Below are positions 59,483 to 64,000 of a DNA stretch of 64,000 bases, in pieces. The stretch covers positions 6,014,001-6,078,000 of the forward strand of contig JBHGNT010000020.1 of the NCBI GenBank assembly GCA_043228905.1, in the 5' to 3' direction. The position numbers and the translations under genes are program-made. The stretch comes from Azolla caroliniana (Eukaryota; Plantae; Polypodiophyta). Under the pieces are notes generated by a model. That model saw only the letters and a program-made list of their open reading frames with translations. It did no database searches and was not told where the DNA came from. Each line of letters begins with the position of its first letter. Position 1 is the first letter of the stretch.

Positions 59483-60420
59483 CTGGGAATATGTAAATGG
59501 AGATTTTCGATTTGAGTTCATGAATAATCCAATCAAATTCTATAAAGGTTAATTTAAATGAAATCAATTCAAATCATAGTTTATCTCAAATACCTAAAAT
59601 AAATACACCTTAGAGCAGAGGCCTAAAATATCCTAAAAGACCTAAAGCGATAAATCATGGTTTTGACTGAAATGTAAATTATAAACTAATCTAATAAGTA
59701 AATGAAAAAGTTATCATGGTGTCACGAATGTCAATGCATGATCTATCCATGCAGGTTAAAAGGTTTCACAGTTATGGAAGTGTGAAGACTATCACCTAGG
59801 ACAAACTTCACAATACAATCATCATGTCCACGACCATAAAGAGAGAGAAAGAGAGAGAAGGGACATCTATGGAGTAAGAGGGATGTGAGAAAATTGGGTT
59901 TTGAACTCTCAATCAATGGTCATGCCCAGACAACATTCCATTGGTGACTGTGATATCATGGCCTTTAAATCCTTGAGACAAGAGAATAGAGAGACATTTT
60001 CCATGCATATATTGTATTTGTGAAAGGCAGAAAGGCAGAAAGGCATTGTAAAAGCTATAAAAGACAGTTGCATGAGTCCATAAAGCTTCCTAATATTGTG
60101 GTTTCCTTTCTTTGCTTTACGCATTTATTGTGTTAAGTACCTTAACACCTATATTTAAGTCTTCATCTATTGAATGCATGATTAGGTATCAAGTTTAGAG
60201 GTTGTTTGTTTGTTAACCTACTCTTACTTTTCCCACAAACAATAGAGTAGACTGTCCCAGATCTCTAGATCATGGTTCCAATGTAGTTACGTGCAGCTAG
60301 GTAGAGCATGTGGTAAGTTCAAAACTTTCCCACAACCTTTTAGCAGCTCTTTCTAATAATGAGAGATGTGAATATAACACATCTCCATGGGAAACCATAA
60401 CCTAGTAGTCAAAGTGTTAA

Positions 60421-61334
60421 TGATGACATTTATCAATATGCCACTGATCATTTACTATGATCTTCATAAATGATTAATGTATGCATTCCTTAATTTCTAG
60501 AAGACTCTCCCATAGCACGACCAGGATGTAGTGCCAGGAAGTGCAAGAGCATAATCTAAACCCATGACTACAATAATAATGAGATATTCTCCAGTGTCAG
60601 CTTCTACGGGAATCTTAATTGACTATGCCACAGTTGAACATTTTCATCCAATCAATATGTACATGTGAAAAACAAATTCACTATGCGTTGATCGGTTTCT
60701 AATTCAAAATGGTATCAATAATTATGATGACATTTATCAATATGCCACTGATCATTTACTATGATCTTCATAAATGATTAATGTATGCATTCCTTAATTT
60801 CTAGAAGACTCTACCATAGCACGACCAGGATGTAGTGCCAGGAAGTGCAAGAGCATAATCTAAATCCATGACTACAATAATAATGAGATATTCTCCAGTG
60901 TCAGCTTCTACGGGAATCTTAACTGACTATGCCACAGTTGAACATTTTCATCCAATCAATATGTACATGTGAAAAACAAATTCACTATGCGTTGATCGGT
61001 CTCTAATTCAAAATGGTATCAATAATTATGATGACATTTATCAATATGCCACTGATCATTTACTATGATCTTCATAAATGATTAATGTATGCATTCCTTA
61101 ATTTCTAGAAGACTCTACCATAGCACGACCAGGATGTAGTGCCAGGAAGTGCAAGAGCATAATCTAAATCCATGACTACAATAATAATGAGATATTCTCC
61201 AGTGTCAGCTTCTACGGGAATCTTAACTGACTATGCCACAGTTGAACATTTTCATCCAATCAATATGTACATGTGAAAAACAAATTCACTATGCGTTGAT
61301 TGGTCTCTAATTCAAAATGGTATCAATAATTATG
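60421..61334. repeat. 304-bp tandem repeat, 3 near-identical copies (probably intronic)
   Basis: Unit start TGATGACATTTATCAATATGCC at 60421, 60725 and 61029. Confidence 0.96.
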
Positions 61335-62106
61335 GCAATCTTTCCAACTGCCAATTCTTATTAAACATGAACTATATGAATTACGCTATCCACTGCTTTT
61401 AACCATGTTTAAATTCATTTTGTGTACAGGTTTACGTGAACTAATCTCAAAGACTTTGACTTTTACACCACTCTATGCTAAAATACAGAGTCAAGCTTAT
61501 ACTAAGGAGAAGTGCTTATAGATGTTCTCTCAGTCACCCATTATACCACAATTGTGACTTAGACTTAATCTGAGTCTTGTTTAATCCCAGAGGCTGAGAG
61601 AAGGGTGAAAACTTCCTCGGGAGTTCCTTACTTCCATTGCCAACCCAAGAAAACATTTGTGCTTTCTTGAAATCCGTTCTCTCCTAGACTTTGCAAAGAC
61701 AAAAATGACTTTTCAAGAAAACGAAACAAGAAAAGAAACTAATTGGAAAGTTATGAATACAAGAAAAGAAACTAATTGTATTTCGGAACAGCTGCTAACT
61801 TATGCAGTATGATTATATCTCTCAAGAAACCAAAACACATGCTGGATTGGGCTGCATAGAAAATGAATCTCATATACAATGTTGCGATTGCTTTACCGAA
61901 TAATCTGAAATGGAAATACGTAGAAATGAAAACACAGAAATTGTGCACCATTGACTTAAAGTTGTAATTCCACCATCAACTTAAAGTTGTATTGAAAATT
62001 CCATTTTATTATTGGCTTAAAGTTGTCTCCTCTGGTATTATATCCCCCATAGCATTAAATGGAATATATTATTTATTTATATTGGCTTTGACTGTGGAGA
62101 TGCCAT

Positions 62107-64000
62107 GAAAGAAAGAAAGAAAGAAAGATATATTAACGTCTTTTAAGAGGCCAAAATGGCCTATAAGACCGAATAAGAGATTACATCTTAAATGTTTTCT
62201 CGTCTTTGAGAACAAATCAAAATAAAGTAAATATTACACAGTAAATATAAAAGTAAATAAGATGAAAAGAAAAGAGACGAGAGAATCTGGTTTTTGGCAC
62301 ATGCGAGATTCTCAAGTTAGGTATATTGTAGTTTTTGTCTCCGAAAGATCTCTATCATAGGTCGATCCAGAATGGAAATGTCTCCAAAGCGAGGGACGCA
62401 CCTACGATGGCGGGAGATAATGGCTTTTATTTGTCGATGACAAGGGTGTCGAGGTCATGGTCCATGGGGCCGGGGCCTACGTGCACGACAAATTGCCATT
62501 GCCCGATCAATCGTAACCCCTTTGTTATATCCTGGTCTGGGTCCCATTTCTGTATCCTGGGGTTGACTTCTAGCATTAGGAGTGATGGAGCTAAAGAAAG
62601 TTGTGATTGTTCTTTGTGGATGAGCTTGTGTGGCTGTATTCTTCAACAACTTTTCCCGATGTCTCTTGAGCTCGAGCAAGAAAAGTCCTAGGCATCTTTG
62701 GTCCTCATATTCCATTACCTTGCGTAGTGGGCCAAAGCCTTGTTTAAAGAGGCAATGATATCTCCCTCTGGATTTCATAAAAGACACTACAATAACAAAC
62801 ATAGTGTTCTTCAGATTCCACTCCTTGATGACACAATTGGCAAATTCTCTCTTCTAGAGGTAGTCGTGTATATCTGCCCACCTCAATCTGTAACTGATGT
62901 GATGAGGTTCACAGCTGCCCTATCACACTACGCAGCGCATAGGATAGATGTATGTCCATATAAGGTGGCCTTATGACAAATCCATTCTCCGACGTATGTA
63001 AGAAGTGTGTCTTATAGTGGGCCATCTTTGTACCAAGTGGTATTTTGGGGCTGATCCATGTTATCTTGTTTTCTAAGTTAATAATATCAGTTCGGATCAC
63101 TCTATTCTTTTCCACTTTGGTCATATTGAGATGGGGACAGTCCAAGCTATATTGGAACGGGGGTACTGCATTTATACTCATGCCATGTGACTCGAACCAT
63201 TGCTGCATTTCAGCATACCAACAATGAGTGTCTCCATTTTCAGCCAGTTGTCTTGATGACATAAGTGCCAACCTTGGGTACCTTCGTTTAGGGAGCTCCC
63301 AAAGACGTTGGATAAATGTCACTGATCGGAACAATGCCTCGGTTATTATAGGTGCTGCTCCCATCTCTGCCCAGATAATATCGTGGGGCACCGATGCTTT
63401 GCTCCTTATCATGCGAGCAATCATTGACACTAAAGGTCTCTCTAAATCTTTCCAATGATTGGCCTTGTTAAGACTCGGTCCCCATGTCTCTACTCCATAG
63501 AGAAGAGTTGGTGTGACAAGTGTATCAAATAACCACAGCTTAGTCTGTGGCTCTTGGAACTGCAAATGTGCACATTGTCTTTCGAGAGCACCAAGGGCTG
63601 CATATCCACGAGAAAGTCGGGCACAAGCGGCCTCTTGTAAGGAGAACCTAGGTCCTGTAAATGTTACTCCTAGGTATGTGTAGGAGCATGTGTATTCAAC
63701 CTTTTCCTCTCCCAAGAAGAATTCTGGTTCTGATCTTGTTACCCATGCTTGGGTGGTGTTAAACACCATCACTTTAGTTTTATTCATGTTGATTGACAAA
63801 CCTTTGTCCGTACAAGATAGTTTTAAGGCATTTAGATGTCTTTGTAGTCCCTCCGGAGAGTCAGAAATCAGCACAATATCATCAGCATATAATAATATCT
63901 GTATAGCTATACCTGCTAGGTGTGCTCTGGAACCACCAAATCTCTCTATGTACTGTGATACCTCATCTATATAGAGACCAAAGAGTGTGGGGGATAGTGG
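62107..64000 (-). mobile_element. RTE/RTEX-like LINE 3' part (RT, C-terminal CCHC, (TTTC)n tail); continues beyond window
   Basis: PLSPTLFGLYI, ILLYADDIVL, KTKVMVF, YTYLGV, LLYGVETWG; frameshifted CQLC..ESEEHYVCYC; (GAAA)5 on the plus strand at 62107-62126. Confidence 0.88.

Noticed and set aside
59431-60021. 21-bp exact repeat CCATGCATATATTGTATTTGT (59431 and 60001) as a duplicated exon
   Set aside because: Similarity does not extend and there are no splice signals; probably filler or chance.
61632-61683. Possible additional IFT121 exon (AG|..FLGLAME|GTAAG, minus strand)
   Set aside because: Good splice signals but only weak protein resemblance; not enough support.
1-64000. tRNA/rRNA genes
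   Set aside because: Only 12-nt PBS matches to tRNA-iMet were seen; no cloverleaf or rRNA sequence recognised.

Overview
Eukaryotic (land-plant) heterochromatin-like window. About 90% is nested, mostly decayed transposable elements: at least 7 Ty1/Copia and 6 Ty3/Gypsy insertions or fragments, 2 LINE fragments, solo LTRs and two DNA-level duplications. The one host gene seen is a terminal exon resembling IFT121/WDR35 (59258-59482, minus), which implies a plant with flagellated sperm; with the Tcn1-like chromovirus this suggests a bryophyte, lycophyte or fern. The most unusual module is at ~8077-13741: a decayed Sola1-like DDE transposase gene sits head-to-head with an intron-containing gene encoding a ParB/Srx-like domain fused to a prokaryote-type beta-class amino (N6A/N4C) DNA methyltransferase (DIPY...WxK...NPYQKP...VLDLFSGTG). 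Palindromic repeats lie inside the module, and a second diverged copy of the ParB half with a shared intron position lies at ~45605-46692. Other points of note: a self-priming (tRNA-independent) chromovirus, an intact young Copia (47358-52904), an apparently homology-guided Copia insertion, and strong CCGG/YCGG enrichment in the young Copia elements. All family assignments come from motif recognition by eye, not database searches.
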